Below, one piece after another: positions 1 to 9,875 of a DNA stretch of 64,000 bases. The notes below the pieces were generated by a model. It searched no databases. It was not told the origin of the DNA and worked only from the letters and a program-made list of their open reading frames with translations. Position numbers and translations under genes: made by a program. Source of the DNA: Acidobacteriota bacterium (GTDB lineage: Bacteria > Acidobacteriota > Thermoanaerobaculia > UBA5066); assembly GCA_008363385.1 (NCBI GenBank), contig RHKY01000034.1:14903-78902 (forward strand), in the 5' to 3' direction. The number at the start of each line of letters is the position of its first letter. The first letter of the stretch is position 1.

Positions 1-480
1 CGACTCGAAGAGGGTCCGGTACCGGGCCTCTGTCTCCCGGCGGCGCTCCTCGTCGCGCTTCATCTCGGTGATGTCCCGGGCGATCCCCTGGACGCCGACG
101 ACGGTCCCGTCGGAGGCGAGCATGGGGGTCTCCAGGACCGCGAGCCAGCGCCGGCTGCCGTCGCGGTGGTAGATCTCCACCTCGTACGGCGGCTGCTTCT
201 CCCCGGCGATGCTCAGGTCCGTGTGCCGCCGCGCCTCCTCGTTCACCGGGTGGTCGGTCAGGTAGCGCGTGTAGTGCGTCCGGAACTCCTCGGGCGTGTG
301 GCCGAGGATCCGCTCGATGCTGGGGCTGACGTAGTCGAAGACGCCGTGGACGTCGTGGGTGTAGACGAGGTGACGCTCCTCGAGCGTCTCGACGAGGCGC
401 CGGTACCGCCCCTCGTCGAGCGGGGGAACGGCGCTCGCCACCTCCGTCCTCCGATCCGCTCCTCGCTGATCCTCGCCCAT
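1..480 (-). CDS. PAS-domain sensor protein, N-terminal part; the gene continues past the left window edge
   Basis: Minus-strand frame from an ATG at 480..478 gives MGEDQRGADRRTEV...YTHDVHGVFDYVSPSIERILGHTPEEF...EIYHRDGSRRWL...GIARDITEMKRDEERRRE, a PAS fold signature. The frame stays open to position 1, which is why it is absent from the ORF track. Confidence 0.55.
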   Translation of the reverse strand, partial: MGEDQRGADRRTEVASAVPPLDEGRYRRLVETLEERHLVYTHDVHGVFDYVSPSIERILGHTPEEFRTHYTRYLTDHPVNEEARRHTDLSIAGEKQPPYEVEIYHRDGSRRWLAVLETPMLASDGTVVGVQGIARDITEMKRDEERRRETEARYRTLFES

Positions 481-547
481 CCAGCCCCCCGTCGAAGCCC
501 ACACTGTTGCCACCACAAGGGCCGGCACCCGTGTCGACGGGCGGAGT

Positions 548-1165
548 CTACGTCGGCCGGCGGCCGGAAGCGAGCGGCCCGGCCGGCGGCCGGGGAAGGC
601 GGGCCTCGACGGCGCGCACCTCCCCGAAGCGGTCGAGGAGGACCGAGAGCGAGTCCCAGAGCCCCGTCACGAACGCCTCCCGAGCCGCCTCCGGCATGGA
701 GAACGCCACGTCCGTCTCCCCGGCGGAGACGGTCCGCGCGACTAGGTCGACCGTGAACACCGTCCCCGGCTCCCTCTCGGCGAGGTCCTGCAGGCGGAGG
801 ACGTCCACCCGCGGGAGCGCCACGCAGGGGAGCCCGAGCGCCACCGCGTTGCCGAAGAAGATCTCCGAGAAGCCCTCGCCGACGACGGCGCGGATCCCGC
901 GACGGACGAGCGCCTGGGGGGCGTGCTCGCGCGAGGAGCCGCAGCCGAAGTTCCGGTTCACGAGGAGGATCGAGGCCCCCGCGTGCTCCGGCCGGTCGAA
1001 GGGGTGCGTCCCGGCGAGAGCCCGGCGGTCGTCCTCGAAGGCGTGCTCGCCGAGCCCCTCGAACGTGACCGCCTTGAGGAACCGGGCCGGGAGGATCCGG
1101 TCGGTGTCCACGTCGTCGCCGCGGAGCGGGAGGGCCCTGCCGGTCACGACCCGGATCGCGCTCAC
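548..1165 (-). CDS. leuD: 3-isopropylmalate dehydratase small subunit
   Basis: The C-terminal 205 aa of track ORF 548..2110 ([31 protein letters not shown]...[17 protein letters not shown]) are LeuD-like. The start is a GTG overlapping the leuC stop as GTGA; the N-terminal 300 aa of the track ORF are RG-rich artefact. Confidence 0.85.
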   Translation of the reverse strand: MSAIRVVTGRALPLRGDDVDTDRILPARFLKAVTFEGLGEHAFEDDRRALAGTHPFDRPEHAGASILLVNRNFGCGSSREHAPQALVRRGIRAVVGEGFSEIFFGNAVALGLPCVALPRVDVLRLQDLAEREPGTVFTVDLVARTVSAGETDVAFSMPEAAREAFVTGLWDSLSVLLDRFGEVRAVEARLPRPPAGPLASGRRPT

Positions 1166-2577
1166 CGCCCCTCCCCGCCGAGGAGCGCCCGCGCGTCCAC
1201 GACCTCGCCGAAGACCGCGGCCGCGGCGACCATCGCGGGGCTCATCAGGAGCGTGCGGCCCTCGGGGCTCCCCTGCCGCCCCTTGAAGTTCCGGTTCGAG
1301 GTGGAGGCGCAGACCTCCCGGCCGTCCAGCCGGTCGGGGTTCATCGCCAGGCACATCGAGCAGCCGGCGTGCCGCCACTCGAAGCCGGCCGCGCGGAAGA
1401 CCTCGTCGAGCCCCTCGTGCTCGGCCGCGGCCTTCACCGCCGCCGACCCGGGGACGGCGAGGGCGCGGACGTGCGGGGCGACCCGGCGCCCCTTCAGCAC
1501 CGCCGCGGCGGCCCGGAGGTCGGAGAGCCGCCCGTTCGTGCACGAGCCGACGAAGGCGACGTCGACCCGCGTCCCGGCGATCCGCTCCCCGCCCGAGAAG
1601 CCCATGTAGGCGAGCGCCTCGGCCACGGAGGCCCGCTCGGCCTCGCGGGCGTCCTCCGGCCGCGGGACGCGCCCGGAGACCGGCACCGACTGCGCCGGGG
1701 TGATCCCCCACGTGACGTTCGGCTCGATCGAGCCGCCGTCGAGGCTCACGCGGTCGTCGTACGCGGCGTCCGGGTCCGAGGCGAGCGCCCGCCACCTCTC
1801 CACCGCCTCGCCCCACGCCTCGCCGCGCGGCGAGAAGCGCCGCCCCTCGAGGTAGGAGAACGTCGTCCCGTCCGGGTTGACGTACCCGACCCGCGCCCCG
1901 CCCTCGATCGACATGTTGCAGAGCGTCATCCGCTCGTCCATCGACATCGCCTCGACGACCGCGCCGCCGTACTCGTAGGCGAAGCCCGCCCCGCCGTCGA
2001 CGCCGAGGACGCGCAGGACCTCGAGGACCACGTCCTTGGCGGTCACGCCGGGGCCGAGCGTCCCCTCGACGTCGATCCTCCGGACCTTCAGCGGGTCGAG
2101 GGCCAGGCACCCCGAGGCCAGGACGTCCCTCACCTGCGACGTCCCGATGCCGAAGGCCACCGCGCCGAAGGCGCCGTGGGTGGAGGTGTGGCTGTCGCCG
2201 CAGGCGATCGTGAGGCCGGGGCGGGTCAGGCCCAGCTCGGGCCCCACGACGTGGACGATCCCCTGGGCTTCGTCGCCGAGGCCGAAGAGCGGCACGCCGA
2301 ACTCCGCCGCGTTCCGCTCCAGCGCCGCGAGCATCGCCTCGGCCATCGGGTCGGCGAAGGGGCGCGCCCGGGTGTCCGTCGGCACGACGTGGTCGACGGT
2401 CGCCACGGTCCGCTCGGGGAACGCCACCCGGAGCCCCCGTTCGCGCAGCGCCTGGAAGGCCTGCGGGCTCGTCACCTCGTGGACGAGGTGGAGACCGACG
2501 AGGAGCTGCGTCTGCCCCGTCGGCAGCCGCCGCACCGCGTGGGCGTCCCAGACCTTGGCGAAGAGGGTCCGTCCCAT
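1162..2577 (-). CDS. leuC: 3-isopropylmalate dehydratase large subunit (aconitase family)
   Basis: A 471-aa protein starting [15 protein letters not shown], with [12 protein letters not shown] and [12 protein letters not shown] aconitase/LeuC motifs. It is immediately followed by leuD. Confidence 0.9.
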   Translation of the reverse strand: MGRTLFAKVWDAHAVRRLPTGQTQLLVGLHLVHEVTSPQAFQALRERGLRVAFPERTVATVDHVVPTDTRARPFADPMAEAMLAALERNAAEFGVPLFGLGDEAQGIVHVVGPELGLTRPGLTIACGDSHTSTHGAFGAVAFGIGTSQVRDVLASGCLALDPLKVRRIDVEGTLGPGVTAKDVVLEVLRVLGVDGGAGFAYEYGGAVVEAMSMDERMTLCNMSIEGGARVGYVNPDGTTFSYLEGRRFSPRGEAWGEAVERWRALASDPDAAYDDRVSLDGGSIEPNVTWGITPAQSVPVSGRVPRPEDAREAERASVAEALAYMGFSGGERIAGTRVDVAFVGSCTNGRLSDLRAAAAVLKGRRVAPHVRALAVPGSAAVKAAAEHEGLDEVFRAAGFEWRHAGCSMCLAMNPDRLDGREVCASTSNRNFKGRQGSPEGRTLLMSPAMVAAAAVFGEVVDARALLGGEGR

Positions 2578-2602
2578 GAAGCCCGAGACGGTACCACCGG
2601 CG

Positions 2603-3787
2603 TCAAGGCCTCCGGGCGCGCTTTCCCGGCAGGCGGTCGACGCGACCGCGCTCCGTCGTCCGCGACGGGTACGAGCCGAGCACCTTCAGGTACGGGCACT
2701 CGGCCCTCAGCTGGGCCACGGCCCGCGCGGCCCCCGGCTCGGCGAGCGACCCCTCGAAGTCGAGGTAGAAGAGGTACTGGAACGGCTCGTGCGGGACCGG
2801 GCGCGACTCGAGCTTCGTCAGGTTCCGGCCGTGCTCGGCCAGGACGTTCAGGCAGTGGGCGAGCGCCCCGTGCCGGTGCGGCGTCGTCAGGACGAGGGAG
2901 GTCTTCGCCGGGATGCGCGGGTCCGGCACGATGTCGATCGCGGAGACGACGACGAAGCGCGTCCAGTTCTCCTCCTGGTCGGCCACCCCGCGCGAGAGGA
3001 CCGTCAGGCCGTAGAGCGCGGCCGCCTCCTCGGAGGCGATGGCGGCCTGCGTCGGGTCCCCGGCCTCGGCCACGTGACGGGCCGCCCCCGCGGTGTCGCC
3101 GAAGGCGATCGCCGTCGTGCCCGGGAGCGCGGCGAGGAACCGCGAGCACTGCGCGAGCGCCTGCGGGTGCGACAGGACGCGTGCGAGCGAGGCGACCTCC
3201 GCCCCCTCGGGGGCGAGGAGGCAGTGCCGGACGGGGAGCACCTCCTCGCCGACGATGGAGAGGGCGGTGTGCCGGAGGAGGTCGTACGTCTCGTTGATCG
3301 ACCCGGCCGTCGTGTTCTCGATCGGGAGAAGCGCGTAGCCCGCCTCTCCCGACTCGGCTTCCTGGAGCGCCCGGGCGAACCCCGGGAACCCGGCGTACTC
3401 CATCCCGGCGCGCCCGGAGAAGTACTTCCGGGCGGCGAGGTGGCTGTACGACCCCTCGATCCCCTGGTACGAGACGCGGCTGGCGTGGGCGGCGGCCCGC
3501 TCGGCCGCGTGCCGGTCCAGGAGCGCCTCCTCCTGGACCTTGAGCGACATGGCGATCACCTCGCGGAAGATCTCCACGCTCCGGTACGGGTCGAGGCCCA
3601 GGGCGCGGGCCTCGGTCTCCACGCGCGACAGGAGAGCCGCCTCGCGCCCCTCGTCGCGCAGGAACGGGGCGCCTGTGGCCTTCAGCCTCCCGGCCTCGGC
3701 AGCGAGGCCGACGCGCTCCCGGAGCTTCTCCAGGATCTCCCGGTCGGTCCGGTCGATCCGCTCGCGCAGGGCGTCCAGCTCCTTCAT
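2603..3787 (-). CDS. pheA: bifunctional chorismate mutase / prephenate dehydratase
   Basis: 394 aa. The N-terminal chorismate mutase helix is [25 protein letters not shown]. The prephenate dehydratase domain ([19 protein letters not shown]...[18 protein letters not shown]) and an ACT-like C-terminus ([35 protein letters not shown]) are also present. Confidence 0.9.
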   Translation of the reverse strand: MKELDALRERIDRTDREILEKLRERVGLAAEAGRLKATGAPFLRDEGREAALLSRVETEARALGLDPYRSVEIFREVIAMSLKVQEEALLDRHAAERAAAHASRVSYQGIEGSYSHLAARKYFSGRAGMEYAGFPGFARALQEAESGEAGYALLPIENTTAGSINETYDLLRHTALSIVGEEVLPVRHCLLAPEGAEVASLARVLSHPQALAQCSRFLAALPGTTAIAFGDTAGAARHVAEAGDPTQAAIASEEAAALYGLTVLSRGVADQEENWTRFVVVSAIDIVPDPRIPAKTSLVLTTPHRHGALAHCLNVLAEHGRNLTKLESRPVPHEPFQYLFYLDFEGSLAEPGAARAVAQLRAECPYLKVLGSYPSRTTERGRVDRLPGKRARRP

Positions 3788-3821
3788 CGCTCCCGTCCGG
3801 TGTCGCGATGATACGGAAGCG

Positions 3822-4793
3822 CTACGCCTCCGCCGTCACCGAAAGGCCCGCCCGGTTCGACCGGAGCATCCGCGAGTAGAGGGAGAGCCCCGGGTCGGTC
3901 AGGAACCGGACCAGGAGGCGCGGCCAGGAACGGTGCGCGACGAGGCTCTCGTACTGCTCCGGCGCCAGGCGCTTCAGCGCCGGGAGCCGGTTCCAGGGGA
4001 TCGACGAGACGTCGTGGTGCTCGTTGTGGTAGCCGACGTTCAGCGCCAGCCGGTTCAGCGGGCCGTAGTAGCTGTACGTCTCCTGCGGCGGCGCGACGAG
4101 GTAGTGCTCCTGGATCCAGCGCGCGCCCAGCGGGTGGAGGCCCACCGAGAAGAACCACGAGGCCGCGAGGTAGAGGAACGAGACGGGCCCCATCAGGAGG
4201 ATCACCGCCGCGTCGTACCCGAAGACGAGCGCCCAGCTGACGAACGTCCAGGGCGTCGCGAACCGGATCTCGGGGAGGCGGAGCGGGCGCAGGGCCTGCC
4301 AGAGGGGGAAGAGGAGGAACCAGGCGGTCTTGCGGAGCGTCCCGTTCCCGACGAGGCGGGCCTCCCACCGGCTCGGGACGTCGGCGTCCAGCTCGTAGAC
4401 CCCCTGGAAGGCGTGGTGCTTGAGGTGGTACGTCCGGAAGGAGACCGAGGCCGGCACCACGTTCGGCAGGTCGGCCAGGATCCCGGTCAGGACGTTGGCC
4501 CACGTCTTCCGGAAGACGAGGTTGTGCGAGGTCTCGTGGATCAGGACGTAGGCCGCGTGGTTGAAGAAGGCGCCGACGGTGTACGCCACGAGGAGCGCCG
4601 CCCACCACGGCTGCGCGCGGAGGAGGAAGGCCACCCCCGTCTGGAACGAGACGACGAGGAGGACGAGAGCGAACGACCACGGGTTCGGCCCGATCAGCCT
4701 CCTCACCTCGGGGTGGTCCCGGAAGATCGCCCGCGTCCGCTCCTTGTGCGGCTCGGGCGCGTCGGACCAGCTGTAGTCCGCGGCGCTGCTCAT
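3822..4793 (-). CDS. membrane fatty-acid / sphingolipid-type desaturase family protein
   Basis: 323 aa with three histidine boxes (HETSHN, HLKHHAF, HNEHHD) and multiple hydrophobic segments. Confidence 0.8.
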   Translation of the reverse strand: MSSAADYSWSDAPEPHKERTRAIFRDHPEVRRLIGPNPWSFALVLLVVSFQTGVAFLLRAQPWWAALLVAYTVGAFFNHAAYVLIHETSHNLVFRKTWANVLTGILADLPNVVPASVSFRTYHLKHHAFQGVYELDADVPSRWEARLVGNGTLRKTAWFLLFPLWQALRPLRLPEIRFATPWTFVSWALVFGYDAAVILLMGPVSFLYLAASWFFSVGLHPLGARWIQEHYLVAPPQETYSYYGPLNRLALNVGYHNEHHDVSSIPWNRLPALKRLAPEQYESLVAHRSWPRLLVRFLTDPGLSLYSRMLRSNRAGLSVTAEA

Positions 4794-4855
4794 GGTTCCC
4801 TCTCCTGCTGTCCCGTGTCCGGCCGCAGTCTACGCCCCGGCCGGCGGGCGACGGC

Positions 4856-5473
4856 TCAGGGCAGGAGGCCGGCCGCCGAGAGGTCCGCGACGACCTCCGC
4901 CGCGATCGCCGTGAGGGCCGCGTCCCAGCCGGCCACGAGCGCCTCCGGGCGCCGCGCCGGGATCGGCACCCGCTCCTCGTACCCCTTCGAGAGGACCGGC
5001 GTCTCCTCGCCGCCGCGAGAGGCCGTGGCGCGGAGGGAGAGGACGGCCGCCGGGGCCGAACGGTCGCGGAAGTCGCCGTGCATCGAGCCGACCTCGATCG
5101 CCAGGACGAGGTCCGCCGTCCGCTCGGCCCGGCGCCCGGTGACGAGCCGGAAGCGTCCCGTCGCCCTCAGCCGGTCGCGCAGGGCCTCGGCCACGAGGTC
5201 GCGCGGGGAGGCGAGGAGCTGCGCGTACGGGTCGGTCTCGTACGAGGCCTCTCCCGTCCGGTAGACGAAGGAGATCCGGTCGAAGGCCGCCGCCACCTCG
5301 GCCGGCGGGACGGCCAGGACGGGCCCGGAGCCCGGGGCCGCCGTCTGCCCGGCGACCGGCGGGAAGGCGAACCGCTCGCGGACGAGCGACGGGCGGGAGG
5401 TGCAGCCGGCGAGCAGGAGCGCGACGAGGAGGGGCGCGCGCCAGGCGCGGGCGGAACCGGACGGGGTCGTCAC
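4856..5473 (-). CDS. ABC-transport auxiliary lipoprotein (YmbA/DUF330-like) of the Mla/Mce-type system
   Basis: 205 aa with a signal peptide plus lipobox (LLVALLLAGCTS). It sits directly downstream of the mlaD-like gene with an ATGA-type overlap. Confidence 0.6.
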   Translation of the reverse strand: MTTPSGSARAWRAPLLVALLLAGCTSRPSLVRERFAFPPVAGQTAAPGSGPVLAVPPAEVAAAFDRISFVYRTGEASYETDPYAQLLASPRDLVAEALRDRLRATGRFRLVTGRRAERTADLVLAIEVGSMHGDFRDRSAPAAVLSLRATASRGGEETPVLSKGYEERVPIPARRPEALVAGWDAALTAIAAEVVADLSAAGLLP

Positions 5474-6465
5474 TTCTTCCTCGGCGCGTCGTGCGCTTTC
5501 GGCTCTCTGGGCTCCACGCTCGAAGGGGTCGGCGGCGGCGCGCCCAGGAGCGCCCCGGCCGGGTAGTCGCGGATCTCCTCGACCGTGGCGTCCAGCCGCT
5601 CGGCCGCTCGCCGGACGTCCTCGACCGCGACGTTCAGCCCCTCCACGTTCACCCCCTCCAGCTTGCCGAGCGTCCCCTTCAGCTCGGCCACGGTCCCGCG
5701 CAGCTCCTCGATCAGCTCGCGAAGGCGCTCCCCCGTCCCGGGGAGGTCGAGCCCGGCGACCTGCTCCCTGGCCTCGGCCCCCGCGAGGCGGACCTCGCGC
5801 GCGGCGGCCCCCACCTCGCCGATCGCCTGCCGGGCGTCGTCCTGGATCGCCGCCAGGTCCACCGTCTCGAGCTTCCTCACCAGCCGGTCGGCCGAGCCGA
5901 CGAGGCCGTCGACGTGCGTCAGGATCGGCCCCAGCTTGACCTCCTCGAGCGACTCCAGCGTCCGGCCGAGCGAGTCCAGCATCCGGGTCAGCTCGGAGCG
6001 CGCCGCGGGGATGTAGAGCGCCCTCGGCTCGTAGTCGAGCCCGGCGGGCGGGTTGTCCTTCGGGTCGACCCGCTCGATCGCCAGCACCGCCGTCCCGGTG
6101 AGCGCCTGCGCCTTCACCCGGACCCGGAGCCCCCCCTCCACCTCGCCCTTCAGGTCCTCCCTCTTCGTCCCTTTCGGCAGGGCCGAGGTCCTCACGTCGA
6201 ACCGGACGATCGCCAGGTCCGTCTTCGTCCCGGGGTACTCCTGCCAGCTGAGCGCGACGTGAGTCACCTCGCCGACCGGGATGCCGCGGAACTGCACCGC
6301 CGACCCGACGCCCAGGCCCGAGATGTCCCCCTGGACGGCGGTCTCGAAGGCGACCCGGGACTGGAGCCGGTCCCTCAGGCCGAAGAGGACGAGGCCCGCG
6401 ACGAGGAGGGCCACGGCCCCGACGACGAACACCCCGAGCGCCAGGTCGCGCCGTCCCTCGCTCAC
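5470..6465 (-). CDS. mlaD: MlaD / Mce-family periplasmic substrate-binding protein
   Basis: An N-terminal TM helix (LALGVFVVGAVALLVAGLVLFGL) is followed by an Mce domain (VQFRGIPVGEVTHVAL...) and a coiled-coil tail. The likely start is the GTG at 6465, overlapping the mlaF stop (GTGA); the track ORF extends to 6516. Confidence 0.75.
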   Translation of the reverse strand: MSEGRRDLALGVFVVGAVALLVAGLVLFGLRDRLQSRVAFETAVQGDISGLGVGSAVQFRGIPVGEVTHVALSWQEYPGTKTDLAIVRFDVRTSALPKGTKREDLKGEVEGGLRVRVKAQALTGTAVLAIERVDPKDNPPAGLDYEPRALYIPAARSELTRMLDSLGRTLESLEEVKLGPILTHVDGLVGSADRLVRKLETVDLAAIQDDARQAIGEVGAAAREVRLAGAEAREQVAGLDLPGTGERLRELIEELRGTVAELKGTLGKLEGVNVEGLNVAVEDVRRAAERLDATVEEIRDYPAGALLGAPPPTPSSVEPREPKAHDAPRKK

Positions 6466-7229
6466 GACGGAGCCTCCTCCGGGACCGCCTCGCGCCTCAG
6501 GAACCGCCGCACCCACGGGTCCCCGGCGGACTCGCGCAGCTCCCGCGGGTCCCCTTCGGCCACGATCCCCTTCCGGTCCGCCGCGAGGATCACCACGCGC
6601 TCGAGGATGGCGAAGACGCTCGCCAGCTCGTGCGTGACGACGACGACCGTCACCCCGAGGCGGCGCGAGAGGTCGAGGATCAGACGGTCGAGCGACGCCG
6701 CCGTGATCGGGTCGAGCCCGGCGGAGGGCTCGTCGAGGAAGACGAGCGGCGGGTCGAGCGCGAGCGCCCTCGCGAGCGCGGCGCGCTTGACCATGCCGCC
6801 GGAGATCTCGCTGGGGTAGCGGCCGGCGGCCGCCGCGAGCCCCACCATCCCGAGCTTCTCGGCGGCGCGCCGGTCCCGCTCGCCCTCCGGGAGGTCGGTC
6901 AGCTCGTCGAGGGGGAAGCGGACGTTCTCGAGGACCGTCCGGTTCCCGAGGAGGGCGCCTCCCTGGAAGGCGACGCCGAGGCGCCGGAGGAGCCGCAGCC
7001 GTCCCTCCCCGGAGGCCTTCACGATGCTCTCCCCTCCGACGAGGATCTCGCCGGACGCGGGGCGCTTCAGGCCGATCAGGCAGCGCAGGAGGGACGTCTT
7101 CCCCGCTCCGGATCCCCCCAGGATCCCGAACACCTCTCCCGGCGCCACGTCGAAGCCGACGGCTTCGAGGACGACCGAGCCGCCGTACGACACCGTGACG
7201 TCGCGGACCGAGACCACCGGCTCGCTCAT
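6462..7229 (-). CDS. mlaF: ABC transporter ATP-binding protein, MlaF-like
   Basis: C-terminal 255 aa of track ORF 6462..9782: MSEPVVSVRDVTVSYGG...GILGGSGAGKTSLL (Walker A), LSGGMVKRAALARAL (ABC signature), LVFLDEPSAGLD (Walker B). The rest of the 1106-aa track ORF is artefact. Confidence 0.9.
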   Translation of the reverse strand: MSEPVVSVRDVTVSYGGSVVLEAVGFDVAPGEVFGILGGSGAGKTSLLRCLIGLKRPASGEILVGGESIVKASGEGRLRLLRRLGVAFQGGALLGNRTVLENVRFPLDELTDLPEGERDRRAAEKLGMVGLAAAAGRYPSEISGGMVKRAALARALALDPPLVFLDEPSAGLDPITAASLDRLILDLSRRLGVTVVVVTHELASVFAILERVVILAADRKGIVAEGDPRELRESAGDPWVRRFLRREAVPEEAPS

Positions 7230-8086
7230 ACGCCCAGCGCCGTCGTCACGACCGCGAAGATCGCGTCGACGACGATCACGAGGAGGATCCCCGCCACGAC
7301 CGCGCGCGTCGCCGAGCGCCCGACCGCGCTGGCGCCCCGCCCCGTCTGCAGCCCCCGCAGGCACCCGACGGCCGCGACGAGGAATCCGAAGACGACCGAC
7401 TTGGCGACGCCGACGACCAGGCTCCCCACCCCGACCGCCGTGGCCAGGCGCGACCAGCCCACCGCGATCGGGTAGCCCAGCCCCTGGACGTGGAGGAGCC
7501 CCGCCAGGATCCCGGCGGCCATCCCGTAGAGCGACAGGAGCGGCAGGACGAGCGTCCCGGCCAGGACGCGCGGCAGGACGAGGAGCGGCACCGGGTCGAG
7601 CCCCATCGTCGTCAGCGCGTCGATCTCCTCGTTCACCCGCATCGTCCCCAGCTCGGCCGCGTACGCCGAGCCCGAGCGTCCCGCCACGAGGATCCCCGTC
7701 ATGATCGGCGCCATCTCGCGCACCATGATGATCCCGATCGCGTCCGCGACGAAGACCTGCGCGCCGAACGTCGCCAGGACGTGGCCGCCGACGTACGCGA
7801 TGATCAGCCCGACGAGGAAGTTGATCAGGCCGACGATCGGGAGCCCCTCGACGCCGGCCGCGTGGGCGAGGAGGACCGTCTCGACCACCCGGGAGAGCTT
7901 CGGCTTCAGGAGCGCGCCGGGCAGCGCCCGGGTGACCGCCCCCAGGAACGCCACCTGGGCCCCCACGTCCCGGAGGAGGTCGCGGGAGCGGTGCCCGGCG
8001 AGCCTCAGGAGGGGCTCGGCGATCGCCTCGCGCGCGTCGACTTCGGCGAGCTCGCCGGCCACCGGCCCCGCCTGTCGCTCGGGCAT
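7226..8086 (-). CDS. mlaE: ABC transporter permease, MlaE-like
   Basis: A 286-aa multi-TM protein of the MlaE/TtgB permease family (MVREMAPIMTGILVAGRSGSAYAAELGTMRVNEEIDALTTMGLDP). It overlaps the mlaF start as ATGA. Confidence 0.85.
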   Translation of the reverse strand: MPERQAGPVAGELAEVDAREAIAEPLLRLAGHRSRDLLRDVGAQVAFLGAVTRALPGALLKPKLSRVVETVLLAHAAGVEGLPIVGLINFLVGLIIAYVGGHVLATFGAQVFVADAIGIIMVREMAPIMTGILVAGRSGSAYAAELGTMRVNEEIDALTTMGLDPVPLLVLPRVLAGTLVLPLLSLYGMAAGILAGLLHVQGLGYPIAVGWSRLATAVGVGSLVVGVAKSVVFGFLVAAVGCLRGLQTGRGASAVGRSATRAVVAGILLVIVVDAIFAVVTTALGV

Positions 8087-8131
8087 GGTGCCTCCCGGCC
8101 GCCATTCTCCCCCGGCGGGGGCGCCGGCGCC

Positions 8132-8929
8132 CTACCGCGAGACCTCGGCCAGGAACGCCTTCATCGCCTCCCACGACCTCGCGTCGGCCCTCGCGTCGTA
8201 AGCCGCCCCCTTCTTCGGGTCGTTCCCCGAGCCGGGGTTCGTGAAGGAGTGGACCGCCCCGCCGTACGACACCATCACCCAGTCGACGCCCGCCTCGTTC
8301 ATCTCCTTCTCGAAGGCGGCCACCTCGGCCGGAGGGACGTACGGGTCGGCCCCGCCGTGGAGGACGAGGACGCGCCCCTGGATCCGCTTCGCGTCGGCCG
8401 GGTCCTTCGTGGCGAGCCCGCCGTGGAAGCTGATCGTCCCGGCCAGCGGGGCGCCGCTCCGGGCCAGCTCCAGCGCCGTCGTCCCGCCGAAGCAGTAGCC
8501 CATGGCGAAGAGCTTCGCCGCGTCGACGCGCCGGTCCTTGGCGAGGACGTCGAGGGCGCCGCGGGCGCGTGCGCGCAGGAGAGGCAGGTCCCCCTTGTAC
8601 TTCCCCGCCAGCTGCCCCGCCTCCTGGGCGTCCTTGGCCCGGATCCCCTTGCCGTAGATGTCGGCCGCGAAGGCCACGTACCCCAGCGCCGCCACCTCGC
8701 GGGCGCGGCGCTCGGCGTACTCGCCAAGGCCCATCCACTCGTGGACGACGAGGACGCCGGGCCTCTTCCCGGTGGCGGCGTCGTCCCAGGCGAGGTACCC
8801 CTCGCAGACCTGCCCCCCGACCTCGTACTCGACCCTCTCGGTCTTCACGGCGGCCGGGGCGGCGGGGGCGAGGGAGAGCGAGAGGAGGGCGGCTGCGGCG
8901 GGCAGGGCGCGGCGGAAGACACGGCTCAT
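8132..8929 (-). CDS. dienelactone hydrolase family protein, secreted
   Basis: C-terminal 265 aa of track ORF 8132..9475: a signal peptide (MSRVFRRALPAAAALLSLSLAPAAPAA), then VLVVHEWMGL...GYCFGG...LVLHGGADPYVP typical of DLH. A GGAGG ribosome-binding site precedes the ATG. Confidence 0.8.
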   Translation of the reverse strand: MSRVFRRALPAAAALLSLSLAPAAPAAVKTERVEYEVGGQVCEGYLAWDDAATGKRPGVLVVHEWMGLGEYAERRAREVAALGYVAFAADIYGKGIRAKDAQEAGQLAGKYKGDLPLLRARARGALDVLAKDRRVDAAKLFAMGYCFGGTTALELARSGAPLAGTISFHGGLATKDPADAKRIQGRVLVLHGGADPYVPPAEVAAFEKEMNEAGVDWVMVSYGGAVHSFTNPGSGNDPKKGAAYDARADARSWEAMKAFLAEVSR

Positions 8930-9017
8930 GGGAGGCCTCCTTTTCCCGTTCGGTTGTGGGGCGGAACTTAGCGCATTTCCGCCCCCTCGGAGGACTCCGC
9001 CCGGGCAGAATCCGCGG

Positions 9018-9857
9018 ATGGGGAGCCGCCGCTTCGTCCTGACCAGCCGCCGCGGGGAGCCGATCCGCGGGGACGTCCGCTTCGCCGACGAGGGCGGCTG
9101 CCGCCCCGTCGTCGTCGTCTCCCACGGATTCAAGGGGTTCAAGGACTGGGGCTTCCACCCGTGGCTCGGCGAGCGGCTGGCCGCCTCGGGCTTCGTCTGT
9201 GTCCACTTCAACTTCTCGCGCAACGGCGTGGGCGAGGACCTCCTGGAGTTCACCGACCTCGACCGCTTCCGGCGGAACACGGTCTCGGTCGAGGCGGACG
9301 ACCTCGCGACCGTCCTGTCGGAGCTCTCCACCCCGGGCGGCGTCTTCGCGGACGTCCCCCTCGACCCCGCGCGGGTCGGCCTCCTCGGGCACAGCCGCGG
9401 GGGCGGGGTCTCGCTCCTCGTCGCCTCGGAGACGCCCTCCGTCAGGGCGCTCGTCACCTGGGCCGGCGTCGCCACGTTCGACCGGTTCTCCGACGCGGCT
9501 CTCCAGGAGCTCTGGAGGCGGCAGGGCTACATCGAGGTGATGAACGCCCGGACGGGGCAGATGATGCCGATCGGCGTGGAGGCGCTGGACGACTACCTCG
9601 CCAACCGCGAGCGGTTCGACCTCCTCGCGGCGGTCTCTCGCCTCTCGTGCCCCTACCGGATCGTCCACGGGACGGGCGACGAGAGCGTGCCGTTCGCGGA
9701 GGCCGAGGCGCTCCACGCGGCCGGAGAGCGGACCGACCTCGTCCGGCTGGAGGGCGCGGGGCACACCTTCGGCGCGACGCACCCGTTCGGCGGGACGACC
9801 CCCGACCTCGCCCGGGCCCTCGCGGCCGCGGTCGAGTGGTTCTCGAAGTCCCTCTGA
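9018..9857 (+). CDS. alpha/beta hydrolase (dienelactone hydrolase / BAAT-like)
   Basis: Starts MGSRRFVLTSRRGEPIRGDVRF. It carries VVVVSHGFKGF, GLLGHSRGGG (nucleophile elbow G-H-S-R-G) and HGTGDESVP. The upstream 120 aa of the track ORF lack coding character. Confidence 0.8.
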   Translation: MGSRRFVLTSRRGEPIRGDVRFADEGGCRPVVVVSHGFKGFKDWGFHPWLGERLAASGFVCVHFNFSRNGVGEDLLEFTDLDRFRRNTVSVEADDLATVLSELSTPGGVFADVPLDPARVGLLGHSRGGGVSLLVASETPSVRALVTWAGVATFDRFSDAALQELWRRQGYIEVMNARTGQMMPIGVEALDDYLANRERFDLLAAVSRLSCPYRIVHGTGDESVPFAEAEALHAAGERTDLVRLEGAGHTFGATHPFGGTTPDLARALAAAVEWFSKSL

Positions 9858-9875
9858 TCGCGTCCCGCGGGCGCT

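Noticed and set aside
1369-3811. Long plus-strand ORFs (1369..3297, 2036..3811) antisense to leuC/pheA
   Set aside because: Translations are Arg/Gly/Pro/Ala-dominated with no motifs. This is typical antisense open frame in about 73 % GC DNA, and the opposite strand carries clearly conserved genes.
7229-9782. N-terminal 850 aa of the 1106-aa track ORF 6462..9782
   Set aside because: Only the C-terminal 255 aa (MlaF) are real. Upstream the frame runs antisense or out of frame through mlaE, the hydrolase genes and an intergenic region, with RG-repeat composition.
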